From positions 245,392-309,391 of the forward strand of contig BCKQ01000001.1 in NCBI GenBank assembly GCA_001600695.1: 64,000 nucleotides of DNA, given 5' to 3'. The notes under the pieces were generated by a model. The model saw nothing but the letters and a program-made list of their open reading frames with translations. It was not told the origin of the DNA and did no database searches. Shown in pieces: positions 44,025 through 55,800 of the stretch (position 1 is its first letter; each line of letters begins with the position of its first letter). Made by a program: the position numbers and the translations under genes. This DNA comes from Ascoidea asiatica JCM 7603 (Eukaryota > Fungi > Ascomycota).

Positions 44025-45314
44025 ATGGATTCTAATATTACAGAAAATCCTTTTTATTCCGATGATGATGAAGATGTTAATGAAGACGACCATTTTTTAG
44101 CTGATAATGATCTAATAACTGATCAATATATTTATAATACCATAAATGGAGACGGTAGTGATAATAATAATAACAATATCAACAACAGTAATAACTTTTT
44201 GAATAAAGGTATATTATCAAATTCAAATTTAAATTCAAATCTTAATTCAATAACTACTTTTTTATTTTCAAATCCAATAATAAACTCCTTAGATGATAAA
44301 TTTCAATTCAAAAAATTAATTAAAAAATTTGTTGATGAAAATTTAGGTCTTGTTTCTGTGATGACAGCAATGTTTGCATCTTCAATAATGTTAGTTGCAA
44401 CTAAATTATTAGAATTTGATAAAGATTTTGAAACTCCAATGCATCCCTTACAAATTTTATTTACAAGAATGTTATTTACTGTAATAATTTGTTGGTTATA
44501 TTTATATAAGAATAGAAAAATTATTGATAATTGCCCATGGGGTCCAAAAGATTTAAGAATATTATTAATTTTAAGAGGTGTTGTTGGATTTTTTGGTGTA
44601 TTTGGTTTATATTATTCTTTAATGTATTTAACTGTATCTGATTCTGTTGTAATAACTTTTTTAAATCCTTCAATAGTTGCAATTGAAGCTTTTTTAATTT
44701 TAAATGAAAGATATACATTTTTTGAAGGTATTGCTGCAACTGTTTCATTTCTTGGAGTAATTTTAATTGCAAGACCTGCATTTTTATTTGGATCAAATCA
44801 AAATTTTGATGAAGATATTGAATCTCCAGATTTTTTATTGAGAGCATGGGCAGTAATTGTTGCATTATTTGGTGTATTTTCTGCAGCTTCTGTAGTTATA
44901 ATCATTAGACATATTGGTAATAGAGTTAATGCTTTAATTACTGTACAATATTTTTCATTATATTCATTAATTGTATCATTTTTAGCTTTAATTTTTTTAC
45001 CAGGCTTATCATTTGTTATGCCATCAACTTTTAAACAATGGTTAATGTTAGGAATTGTTAGTATTTCTGGATTCTCAAATCAATTTTTTTTAACAAAAGG
45101 TGTACAAATTGAGAAAAAAGCTGGAAGAGCAGCTTTAATGAATTATACACAAATGATGTGGGCAGTAATTTGGGATATTTTATTTTTTAATCATTTTCCA
45201 AATATTTTAAGTTGTATTGGATTTATAATTATTTTAGGATCTGCATTAGCTGTTTTATTTTTTAAACCAAAAGAATCAAAACCTTTAACAATTTCTGATG
45301 AAGTTGAAATTTAA
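44025..45314 (+). CDS. EamA/DMT-superfamily transporter (YMR253C/YPL264C-like)
   Basis: HPLQILFTRM, PWGP..R.LLILRG..GFFGVFGLYYSL.YL..SD.VVITFL.P, GVILIARP.FLFG, about 10 TM segments. Confidence 0.88.
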   Translation: MDSNITENPFYSDDDEDVNEDDHFLADNDLITDQYIYNTINGDGSDNNNNNINNSNNFLNKGILSNSNLNSNLNSITTFLFSNPIINSLDDKFQFKKLIKKFVDENLGLVSVMTAMFASSIMLVATKLLEFDKDFETPMHPLQILFTRMLFTVIICWLYLYKNRKIIDNCPWGPKDLRILLILRGVVGFFGVFGLYYSLMYLTVSDSVVITFLNPSIVAIEAFLILNERYTFFEGIAATVSFLGVILIARPAFLFGSNQNFDEDIESPDFLLRAWAVIVALFGVFSAASVVIIIRHIGNRVNALITVQYFSLYSLIVSFLALIFLPGLSFVMPSTFKQWLMLGIVSISGFSNQFFLTKGVQIEKKAGRAALMNYTQMMWAVIWDILFFNHFPNILSCIGFIIILGSALAVLFFKPKESKPLTISDEVEI

Positions 45315-45906
45315 TAATGATATTTTTTTTGTTTGGTTTTTTTCAATTTTTTTATCTGGAAATTTTCTTTAAGCCTTTTTAGAAATGAATAATCATCAAT
45401 AGATTTTTTAAATAGACTTTTACTTATTCTTTGTTTTTTCATATATATTTTTTATGTATAGGTATATAGTATATGGGTGTTTTAAAGGTTTGGTTTCACT
45501 TTTTTTGTTTCTCTCTCAAATTTATACTTTATACATACATAGTAAATATATAGCGTATATATAAATATATAATACAATCATTTACAGTCGTTTACGATCA
45601 TTTAAATTTTTGAATGGATATTAACTGTAGATATTGAAATATTAAAATATTAGTATTTATTATATAGAATTGAATAAATAAACAATTATTTTTTATTATT
45701 TTTTTTTTTTAAAAAGAATGCCGACCAATATAAGATAAAATAGATAAAAGAAATGACCTAAAGTTAAAAGAACCGAAAATAAAACATTTAGGGAAGAATA
45801 ATATGCAATAAGAATAAAAGAAAATTAAAGGGAATTTTGAAGAATAGATGAAGAAGATTTAAAAATATCTAAAAAAGATTTAAAGAAGAATTTTAATTTA
45901 AAATAC

Positions 45907-46797
45907 TTAAGCAGTTGAAGGAGCATTACCTAAGAAACCGAAATTTCTTTCAACACCCCAAGTATTTTCAGTTTTCCATAATTCATTATAAGCAGAAAAT
46001 AAGAAACAAGAATCAGAAGCAGAAGATTGAATTGCTTTGATTGCAGTTTTTTGTTCTTCAACACCTGGAACTGCAACATTATAAGCAGAACCAGCCCATG
46101 GCCAACCAGTTTCTAAAACTACAACATCTTTTGGATGACCATGTTCATTACAAAAAGCCCAAACAGCTTGAATATGACTTAAAACATAATCACCAGCATT
46201 TTCAGCGGTACTATTATCAAAGAATGGATGAGCATTAACACCAATATAATCATTAACTTCACAAAGAGATGGATTACCATAATAAGAAGAAATTGTATCA
46301 GCGCTAACGAATTTACCTGTGAAAGTTGAAAGTAATTCTCTTGCATTTGATAAAATTGTTGAAACTTCATCAGCAGTATACCAAGAATTATAAACTAATT
46401 CATTACCAACAACAACAGTATCAACAACATTATTGAATTCTTTACCAGCAAGACCACAACTTGCAGCAATTGAATAAATTTCTTCTTGCATTAAATCTTT
46501 TGATCCAACATTATTTAAAGCTACAATTAATTTTTGAGAATCAGTCATACCTTCTAAAGCATATTGAACAACAGCACAATCATTTGAATATAATCTAATT
46601 AAAGAATAATCATGAAGATTTGAGATATCTTCAGTAATTTGAGCACCAGTACGACAGTTATAATCTTTATCAAAAGGAGTATAAGTTGTACCTTTAAAAC
46701 CAGTTGCATAACTTGGAATTGATACTGATCTTTTTGCAATTGTTGCAGCTTGAGCAGTAGATGCAGCTAAAGCAGCTAATAGAATTGATAATTTCAT
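45907..46797 (-). CDS. Secreted GH17 beta-1,3-glucanase/transglycosylase (Scw4/Scw10/MP65-like)
   Basis: Signal peptide, Kex2-like KR, TYTPF...CRT, IRLYSNDC, catalytic VGNE and ETGWP, NAHPFFD. Confidence 0.88.
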   Translation of the reverse strand: MKLSILLAALAASTAQAATIAKRSVSIPSYATGFKGTTYTPFDKDYNCRTGAQITEDISNLHDYSLIRLYSNDCAVVQYALEGMTDSQKLIVALNNVGSKDLMQEEIYSIAASCGLAGKEFNNVVDTVVVGNELVYNSWYTADEVSTILSNARELLSTFTGKFVSADTISSYYGNPSLCEVNDYIGVNAHPFFDNSTAENAGDYVLSHIQAVWAFCNEHGHPKDVVVLETGWPWAGSAYNVAVPGVEEQKTAIKAIQSSASDSCFLFSAYNELWKTENTWGVERNFGFLGNAPSTA

Positions 46798-48061
46798 TTT
46801 TTTTTTTTTTCTATTTATTTATTAATAATTTATTATATATAATTTATTATTTATATTTCTTAAGCGATTGACAAATGTAGGGTATAAAGTTGAATTATAA
46901 TATATGAATGATATATGAATAATAAAATTGAATTTGTAATGAATTAGAAATGAATAAAAGAAATGAATAATAAAGTAGACAATTAAGGATATTTATACAT
47001 AAATCCAATGAGATTGAAAGAAATTGAATAAAATACAAGTGAAAGAAATTGAGATGGATTGAATTAGTGAATGATGCCAATTGAATTTAAAATTATATGA
47101 ATATTTTTTAAAATTGCTACTGACTTCTATTTTTATTGGCAGAAAGAAAGAAAGAACTAAAAAGAAATAATAAAAGCAATTCAAAAATACTTTAAATTAT
47201 TGTCTGAACAAAAGCAGAATTCTAAAAATATTCAAAAGAAAGTAATTGACTAAAAAAAAAAAAAAGAAGCAAAGTTAATGATAGTTGTAATAATAATAGT
47301 AGTTTTAGCAAATCAATTGTATTTGAACCCCAATTTTAAGTGAATTGCAGTGTGAAAAGTAGTGTAATTCAATAGAAATTAGAGGAGTTCACTGAAATTT
47401 TGCTAGAAAACATTGGAATAAACCTATTTTTAACTATTCTTTATTTTTTATTCCTTCACCCTTCTTTTTCCTCTCCAAGATCTATCAGAATCCGAGTAAA
47501 TGAGAGAAAGAGTCGAGAGATCGATGGGGTTTCTGTTTCTGTTTTTGTTTCTGTTGCCGAAGCACAGAAGCGCAGCAACAACTCGCTCCCTTCCCAAAAG
47601 TTACTTTCTGTCTATGATTCTGTCATTATTCTGTAATCATTTTGCAATTATTCTTTGCATTATTCTTTTTTTTTTCAATCCTCTTCCTTTGTTTCCTTTT
47701 TTAGCTTTACCTGAAAGAATTCCCCAGACAATTCTCAAAATTTTCCAACCACAAACACCTGACAATCCAAAAAAGTTCAAAAATCGGCTAACTCTTAACC
47801 AGAAACAGCAGCAATGACCACGGTCACAGCCTCTTGCAGAGCTGAGAGCATCCTAAAAATAGTTATTGACCGGAATATATCAAAAGAGGTAATTTCAGAA
47901 GGAAATTTCGGAAAGATAAAAAATTCCCCAAATACGGATTTATAAAACGGATTACGTAAACCGCCGTGGCCAAGAGGAAACATTTCAATGCGCATTGACG
48001 CATATTGTTCTATTCTAAACTTTAAATCTCTTTCCCGAAAATAATTCATTGTGGTTACCCA

Positions 48062-48104
48062 GATTATTCTGATTCTTCTGATTCTTCTGATTCTTCTGAT
48101 TCTT
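48062..48104. repeat. 9-bp tandem repeat (GATTCTTCT)x~4.8
   Basis: gattattct gattcttct gattcttct gattcttct gattctt. Confidence 0.85.
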
Positions 48105-48241
48105 AAATACTACAACATCTTCAAAAAAAAAGTAGAAAAAAATTGAATGCAAATAAAAAAATATAAAACACTTTTATTAATTAGCAAAATAAACTTATAG
48201 TACAATACAATATATTATTTGAATGAAAGAACATTAATCAT

Positions 48242-51200
48242 TTAATTGATTTCATTATTCTTATTCTCATTATCATTTTTAATCTCAATCTCATTTTTTT
48301 CAATTGATTTAAGAATATAATTAACTTTTTCTCTTATATTATTATACCCTTTACCACCACTTCCATTTCCATCATTTCCATCATTATTTTCTTCAATTTC
48401 ATAAATTTTATCTTCTTCATAAGGTATATATTTCTTAAAAAGAATTAAAATTTCATGAATATTTCTTATATCTTTATTTAAATTAAATTTTTCATTAATT
48501 TCATTTTTACAAATCTTATTATCCATTAAAATTCCAATAATTAATCCAAGATATCCAACTATATGAATAATTTCAATATTTTCAAACTTAATTTCACTCA
48601 TATTTTCATTTTCATTATCATTATTCAAAAATATCTTGAATTCAATTGTACGAAATATTATAAATAAAATTTCTATAATCTCTTTATCTTCTTTAATTTT
48701 ATTTAAACATTTATCTTCTTCAAGTATATTAAATAAATATCCCATTGAAAATAATGTAAAATTTCTCATTATAATTTTATATTTATTCTCTTTCTTATTA
48801 TCTATTTTATTATCTATGTTATGCTTTTTATTATTATATTTATAATCATTTGTATTAACTTCATAGAATCTACTCTTTAAAATTATAACTAATAATTTTG
48901 AAATCAATTTCTCATTAATAATTATCTCATATAATTTCTTATTTTTCTCTTTCTCTTTTTCTTCAAAATATTCAATATTTGAACTTAATACAATTAACAT
49001 TTTTAAATAACTTATACTAAATTTAATTATTATAAATAAATAATTACTTGAGATTTTATATATCTTTTCATTTTTTAAATATCCTTTATTAATTAAATCA
49101 AAATAATTGAAATCTAAAACTTCTAAATATTCAATAATCTTAAAAAATTTTAAATTAAAAATATTGAAAATTTTATTTAATTTATCTTCTTCTTTAAATA
49201 AATACTCAATGAATATTTTCTTGAAAAAAATTTCATTTTCATTAATTTCACTAATTAATTTCTCAAACTGTAAAATTATCAATTGATAATAAACTAAATC
49301 AATTTTATTATAACTATCATTATCATTATCATTATAATTATCTTGATTAGTTTCATTATTCAACGGAAAATTTAACAATAAACTATCACTGAATGTTAAT
49401 AAACTATCAATAACTTCTTTATCAAAAATCAAACATTTATCTCCGATTTCTTCAACAATTATATTCATTATATTTAATCCAAAAAAACATGGATAGATTT
49501 TATCTTTTTCATATTTACTAATTTCACAAAATTTATTAATAAATTCATTTATCATTTCATTTGAAATTTTTGATAATTTTTTAGTTCCCTTTAAATTTTT
49601 AATAATTTGATTAATATTTATAGAATTATTTTTAATATTATTAGAATTAATTTTTTTTAAAATTTTAAAGTTTTTATCACTTAAAATTAAATTTTTTAAA
49701 AAATTTTCTCTAATTTCTTTTTCTTCATTATTTCTATAATTTTTAACTGAAATAATTTCTAAAAAAATAAATCCAAATAAAAAATTTAAAATTGAATCAT
49801 TTTCTTTGATTATTGATTCATAAATATAATTTGGTAATCCATTGTTTAGGAAATATTTTAGAAATAATTTATCTTTATCATTATTTAGTTTTAAATCGTC
49901 AATTAATTTTAAACATAATTCTAAAAAACTTACTCTTTTAGTTGATAATTTACAATTTATTTTAAAGCCTTCAAAAATATAATTTAAATCATCTTTAATT
50001 TTTGTATTTTCTCCAGAAATTCTTAATTCATCAAAATTTTGAACTTTGGATTCATAAAAATCATTATTATTTAATATATTTGAATTTTCAGCATGTTCAC
50101 TTGTTGGATTAGTTCTAATACTACTATGTATAATATTCTCACTAAATGTAAAATCTTTACTTTCTGGATGACTATCTTTATTTCCTTTATCAATAGTTCT
50201 ATCAATTTCATTATCACTATCGTTATCATGATCGTTGTTATTATCATTGTTATCATCATTGTTACTGTCATTATCATTGCTATTTTCAAATACATTTTCA
50301 TATAAATTCACTTCAGAAGTTAAATTTATATCATCACTTTGATTTTCTTCTTCATAATCAAAAAAGTCATTATTATATTCTTCAATAAGAGATCTTTGAA
50401 AACCATAAGTTTTTTTGATTTTCAGTGGCGAATTAATAACTACTTGGGTTTCAGTTTTAGCTTGGATTTCAGTTTGAATTTGAGATTGGGACTGAGATTG
50501 AGATTGGGATTGTACAAGTGTTTGTTCTTCTAAATTTTCAGTTAAATTAAATTTAGGTAGTGAATTAAAATTTGAACCTTTTGAATCTTCATCATCAATT
50601 AAATGTATATCATTTTTTTCTTCAGTCAAATACTTATAATCTGTAGTAATTTTTTCAGTAATTGAACGGAATAAAATATTTTCTTGAGAATCATTTAAAT
50701 TATCATTATTCAATGAATTATTTTGATTATGCTTAACATTATCACTAGAATATTTATGATCGTTATCACTTTCCATATCACTATCACTATCAATAACTGT
50801 TTTTTGCAGATCTTTATTTGAATTGAAATCAATTGGTTTTATTTTTTTATTTTTTTTAGGTTTCAAATTTTTAATAGCAATTAATTTAAAACCATCATCG
50901 TTTAAAGAAATTTCTGAATTTAAATTTGAATTTAAATTTGAATTCGTTAAATTATCCGAAGTTAATAATATATCAGAATTTAATTGATTTTTTAACAAAT
51001 CCCAAGCATCAGATTCAGATTTTTTAATTTGAGTAGGAAGACTATTGAATTTAGGAGATCTACTACTTTTTACTGGACTTTTCAATGAAGTTTTTTTAGG
51101 AGTTTCTATTGTAGTTTTTTTAGAACTTTTAGTAGAATTTTTCACTGGAGTTTTTATAGAAATCCTTTTAGGACTTTTCATTCTATTTTTCAATACATTT

Positions 51201-52336
51201 TTAATCGGAGTTCTTTTAGGAGTTTTAGTTGGAGAATTTTTTGTCAAAATTTGGATAAAGCCTTCATTACTTTTAGAACTTAGTATAGTAGAAGTTTCTG
51301 GGACTTTTCTTGGAGTAGTTTTGGGAGTAACATTTGGTGAACTTTTTAAATTTGTTTTTATTGGAGTTTTGGGTATTGCTTTAAAAAAGTTCTCTATAGG
51401 ACTTTTAAGATTATTCTTTAAAGGACTTTTCGTTAGCTTCTTCAATGAGTTTTTTAAAGGGCTCTTTGTTGGAGTCTTTGTAGGACTTTCTGTAGAACTC
51501 TTTACAGGACTCTTTGAAAGTATCTTTCTCGGACTCTTTTTGGAAGGATTACTTTTAATGGGAGTTTTTGTTGGAGTTTTAATGCAACTTTTCATCGGGC
51601 TCTTTATAATATCAGATTCTTTTATAATTTTCTTAATTGGAGTTTTTAGAATCTTTTCATTATCATTCACCTTTTCATATTTTGATGTATTTTTCAAAGT
51701 ACTTTTAGAATTATTTTTTGAGGAATAATTCAATAATTCTTCAATATCAGGATTTATATCCAAATCTATATTAATATTCATATTCATATTTGTATCAGTA
51801 TTTGAATTCAAATTATCTTGAGAATTATTGTTAACTTTTGAGTAAGTGAAATTATATGATGAAAATCTTTTTTTTTCAATTTTATTATTCTTTTTTTCAA
51901 TTATTTTTTTATTGAATAAGCCAGTTAAATCATTTATATTTGATAATGATTTTGTATTTTTGCTTGATCTTAATTTATTCTGAACAGATAAAAAAGAAGA
52001 ATTTAGTGAATTTTTTGAGATTTTTGAAATTGAAAGTTTTTGTCTTTTTTGTCTCGAATTGTTATCGTTATCGCTATCACTGTCATTTCCATTAACTATG
52101 GAATCATTCGATGCATTATTGAAAGATTCATCATCGATGTTTATTTTTTTCCTTTTAGCTATAACTGGGTTGTTCTTCTTGTAATCTAAGTCTGTTTTAT
52201 TAATATTATTGTCATGAGAGTTATCAATAATGTTGTCGTCACTGCTATCACTCAACTCAGTGATCTTGGAAAAATGGGTAGAACGAATGAAAGAGGAACC
52301 AGAATGCTTGTTCCTCCTTTTCCCATAGGTTCTCAT
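48242..52336 (-). CDS. Cohesin release factor WAPL (Wpl1/Rad61-like)
   Basis: N-terminal MRTYGKRR and internal KKTYG motifs, VQNFDELRISGENTKIKDDLNYIFEG at the start of a helical C-terminal domain, long low-complexity N-terminal half. Confidence 0.7.
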   Translation of the reverse strand: MRTYGKRRNKHSGSSFIRSTHFSKITELSDSSDDNIIDNSHDNNINKTDLDYKKNNPVIAKRKKINIDDESFNNASNDSIVNGNDSDSDNDNNSRQKRQKLSISKISKNSLNSSFLSVQNKLRSSKNTKSLSNINDLTGLFNKKIIEKKNNKIEKKRFSSYNFTYSKVNNNSQDNLNSNTDTNMNMNINIDLDINPDIEELLNYSSKNNSKSTLKNTSKYEKVNDNEKILKTPIKKIIKESDIIKSPMKSCIKTPTKTPIKSNPSKKSPRKILSKSPVKSSTESPTKTPTKSPLKNSLKKLTKSPLKNNLKSPIENFFKAIPKTPIKTNLKSSPNVTPKTTPRKVPETSTILSSKSNEGFIQILTKNSPTKTPKRTPIKNVLKNRMKSPKRISIKTPVKNSTKSSKKTTIETPKKTSLKSPVKSSRSPKFNSLPTQIKKSESDAWDLLKNQLNSDILLTSDNLTNSNLNSNLNSEISLNDDGFKLIAIKNLKPKKNKKIKPIDFNSNKDLQKTVIDSDSDMESDNDHKYSSDNVKHNQNNSLNNDNLNDSQENILFRSITEKITTDYKYLTEEKNDIHLIDDEDSKGSNFNSLPKFNLTENLEEQTLVQSQSQSQSQSQIQTEIQAKTETQVVINSPLKIKKTYGFQRSLIEEYNNDFFDYEEENQSDDINLTSEVNLYENVFENSNDNDSNNDDNNDNNNDHDNDSDNEIDRTIDKGNKDSHPESKDFTFSENIIHSSIRTNPTSEHAENSNILNNNDFYESKVQNFDELRISGENTKIKDDLNYIFEGFKINCKLSTKRVSFLELCLKLIDDLKLNNDKDKLFLKYFLNNGLPNYIYESIIKENDSILNFLFGFIFLEIISVKNYRNNEEKEIRENFLKNLILSDKNFKILKKINSNNIKNNSININQIIKNLKGTKKLSKISNEMINEFINKFCEISKYEKDKIYPCFFGLNIMNIIVEEIGDKCLIFDKEVIDSLLTFSDSLLLNFPLNNETNQDNYNDNDNDSYNKIDLVYYQLIILQFEKLISEINENEIFFKKIFIEYLFKEEDKLNKIFNIFNLKFFKIIEYLEVLDFNYFDLINKGYLKNEKIYKISSNYLFIIIKFSISYLKMLIVLSSNIEYFEEKEKEKNKKLYEIIINEKLISKLLVIILKSRFYEVNTNDYKYNNKKHNIDNKIDNKKENKYKIIMRNFTLFSMGYLFNILEEDKCLNKIKEDKEIIEILFIIFRTIEFKIFLNNDNENENMSEIKFENIEIIHIVGYLGLIIGILMDNKICKNEINEKFNLNKDIRNIHEILILFKKYIPYEEDKIYEIEENNDGNDGNGSGGKGYNNIREKVNYILKSIEKNEIEIKNDNENKNNEIN

Positions 52337-52897
52337 TGTCTAAAATTTAAATAAATGTAAGATTCTCTGATGGATATATCAGTGAATGACTGCTATTTCT
52401 AACAACAATGTTTATATTTATCAGTTTATTTATTTCTTTATTTATTTATTGCTTTATTTATTTATTTTCAGTTGTGTTTGTTTGATTGAAGTGATCGTTT
52501 TTCAGAATCAAATCAAAGCCAGTTTTGGGGTACTGTCACGTGTGAATTTCGATAAGAAAATTGAAAATTGAAAAATGAAAAATAAATAATAACTTGAAAG
52601 TTTTCAATGGGCCGCGGTACGAATTTTTGGGGCGGTGATTCTTCTTTTGTTTTTCATGTTTTTTTTTGTTTTTTTCATTTTTTTTGTTTTCTCGAGGCAA
52701 AAAAATAATTAAAAACAGGCAAATGATCAATTTCAGAGTAATGAAAGCTTTGATATCAATCAGAATCAGTCTTTATTTATCCAGATGGCAAAAGAATCAA
52801 GAAACAGAAACATCAATCAGAAATAGAATATATAAGAGTATATAAGGATATATTGGAATATAATAGATTACATTTGATTGTGATATATACAAATACA

Positions 52898-55800
52898 ATG
52901 GACAATCAACCAATTCCTTCAAATCAAGTTGAGATTCCAAGAATAAAACCTTCAGAAAATTTAGTTGATCCAAAAGAATCTAAAGAATTAAATACATCAA
53001 ATAAGTCAAATAAAATAAATGAGTTAATAGAAAAGAGACAAAAAGAAAAACGTATTTCTTTTTTGAAAGAAAAAAAATCATTTTTAGAAAAACAGTTAAA
53101 GTCATTATCAAATTCCAAAAAATTTGTACCAACTGTAAAATTAAATCAATTGAAAACAGAAATTTTAGAAGTTGAAAAGAGTTTAGAAATTGAACAAAAT
53201 AATAACAAGAACAATGAAAATAATAAAGAAATTGATAAATATTCATCAATAGAATTTCAAAAATTAAATTGGAAACAAAATCAAAAAAAAATTATATCTT
53301 TATTAAATAGATTAAATTTATCAAATTTACAAAATATTTCAATAGAATTATTTAAAATTAATTTAAATAAATTTAAAGGTATTCTAATTAAAAATATCAT
53401 TGAATTTCAATCTCAATCAAATTCAATTAAATCAACTCAGATTTTTTCAAGTTTAATTTCAATTTTAAATTCCAAACTACCAAAAATTGGTGAGTTATTA
53501 ATAATAAGATTACTTTTAAATTTTATAAAAAATTTTAAAATTCTTTTAAAATTTCCTCAAAATGTTTTTGATGTCAATGAAAATGAGTATATTAATAAAA
53601 TTAAGTTAAACTTAAATATAAATCTTCTATTTATTGGAAATCTATTCAACTTTGATATTATAAATGCAAATTTAATCTTACAAATTTTAAAAATCTTATT
53701 CAATAATAATATGTCTTTGAAAAAAAATTTCAATTTATTGGAAATTTCTTTAAATTTTTTAAAAAATATTTCAAATTATTTATATAATTATAATTATAAA
53801 TTCAATAATAATAATAAATATGAAATTATAAATTATTTTTCAAATTTATTTAATTATTTACAAAAAACTTATTTATTAAATTCATTAAATTCAATAAATT
53901 CAAATAAAAAAATTCAATTTTTAATTGAGGATTTATTTATTCAAAGAAAATTCAAATTTAACAAATCTCCAAGATTTTACAATAATGACTTAGATTTAAT
54001 TGAAGATGATGATAAATTTATTCATGATAAATTTAAATTAATATTCAATTTTAATGATTTAAATAATAATTTACTCAATAATTTACCTAATAATTTAATC
54101 GTATTAAAATTGAATAATTCAATTGTAAATCCAAAAAATAATTTGAATTTATTTAAGTTTGATCCAAATTTCAAGAAAAATGATGAAGATTATAATAATT
54201 TTAAATATGAGATATTAGGTACTGATGATGAATTAGAATCTGAAGAAGAAAATCAAAATCAAAATCAAAATCAAAATCAAAATAAAGATGATATGAATAA
54301 AGATAAGAAATCAGGTGAAGAAACAACTAATAATATCCAGGAAACTGAAATTAAAAATGAAAAGGAAATAATTGAAGATTTAACAGAAACAGAAAATTTA
54401 AATTTTCAAAGAGATATCTATTTATCAATGAAATCTTCAATAAGAGCAGATGAAGCTGTTCATAAAATATTCAAAATCATTAATTCAAATAATAAATATA
54501 ATTTTAATGATGATATAAATAAATTTAATAAAAAAAAATTATTAAAATATAAAATTATTGATGTAATTATTAAAACTTGTTCACAAGAAAAAACATATAG
54601 TGAATATTATGGTAATATTTTACAAAAATTTATCTTAGTTAATAATTATAATAAAGAAAATGAGTTGATATTATTAGATTATTTTAAAAAATTTTTAAAT
54701 GATTCAATTATTAGTTTAAGTTCAAATAATAATAGCCAAAGTGAAGCTGGTAGAAGTAATAGATATAATAATAGTAATAATAATATTCTTAGAAATATTG
54801 GTAAAATTTGGGGGCATATATTTAGTAGTGATATAATTGAATGGAAAGAATTTTTTAAAGAAATCAAAATTGATGAATCTAGTGATAGTAGAATGAGTTT
54901 GATTAGAATTTTTATTAGATATTTATTTGAAGAAATAGTTGAAGAAAAAGGTATAAAAATTTTAAAAGAAAGATTTTTCAATGAAGAAAAAGAAGAAAAA
55001 GAAGAAAATGAAGAAAAAAATAAAAAAGGAAAATTAAATAAAAATAATGAATTAATTAAATCAATTGATGGATTATTCCCATATATTGAAAAAGAAAATA
55101 TTAATTATGATAATATTGATGAAGTTATTAATAGATTAGTTTTCAGTATAAATTATTTTACAGCAATTGGATTAGGTGCATTAACTGAGAAAATGAGAAT
55201 AGAAATGAAAGAATTACAAGAATTACGAGAAGAAATGGAAAGTGAAGAAGAAGAAGATGATGATAATGATGACGATGATGATGATGATCAAGAGGAAGAG
55301 GAAGAGAGGGGTGAGGAAGAATATCAAGAGAAAAGAGAAAATAAATTAGAAAAAGAAGAGAATAATAATAAATATAGCTCTGAATTGAGTGATGATGAAT
55401 CTGATAGTTCATTATATCAAAGTAATAGAATTAGACCATTAACAAGATCTGAATCACCTTTAGAAGAAGAAAAGCATGAAAAAGTCAATGAAGAAGAAAA
55501 TGAAGAAGAAATTCGAAATAAAAGACGAGAAATATTAAAGGAAAGGTATAGAAGAGAATTAGAAATAAATAAGAGTAAGAGTAAAGATTATAATAAAGAT
55601 AGTGAATTGATAAGAAAAGAAAGGGATGAAAGAGAAGAAAGGGAAGAAAAGGAAAATAGAATGAGAAAAAGACTTAAAGAATTGAAAGAAAAAAGAAGAA
55701 AACAAGAACATGATGAGGAAGAAGTTAAAACGAATGATGAAATTCAAATAAGATCAAGAAGTATATCTAGAGGTAAATCTGAAAATCGATCAAGAAGTAA

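Noticed and set aside
8425-47959. Recurrent TTACGTAA palindromes
   Set aside because: The count is close to chance expectation for this base composition.
51045-51728. 227-aa hydrophobic + strand ORF
   Set aside because: Antisense shadow of the WAPL Lys/Thr/Ser/Pro repeat region; TTG start.
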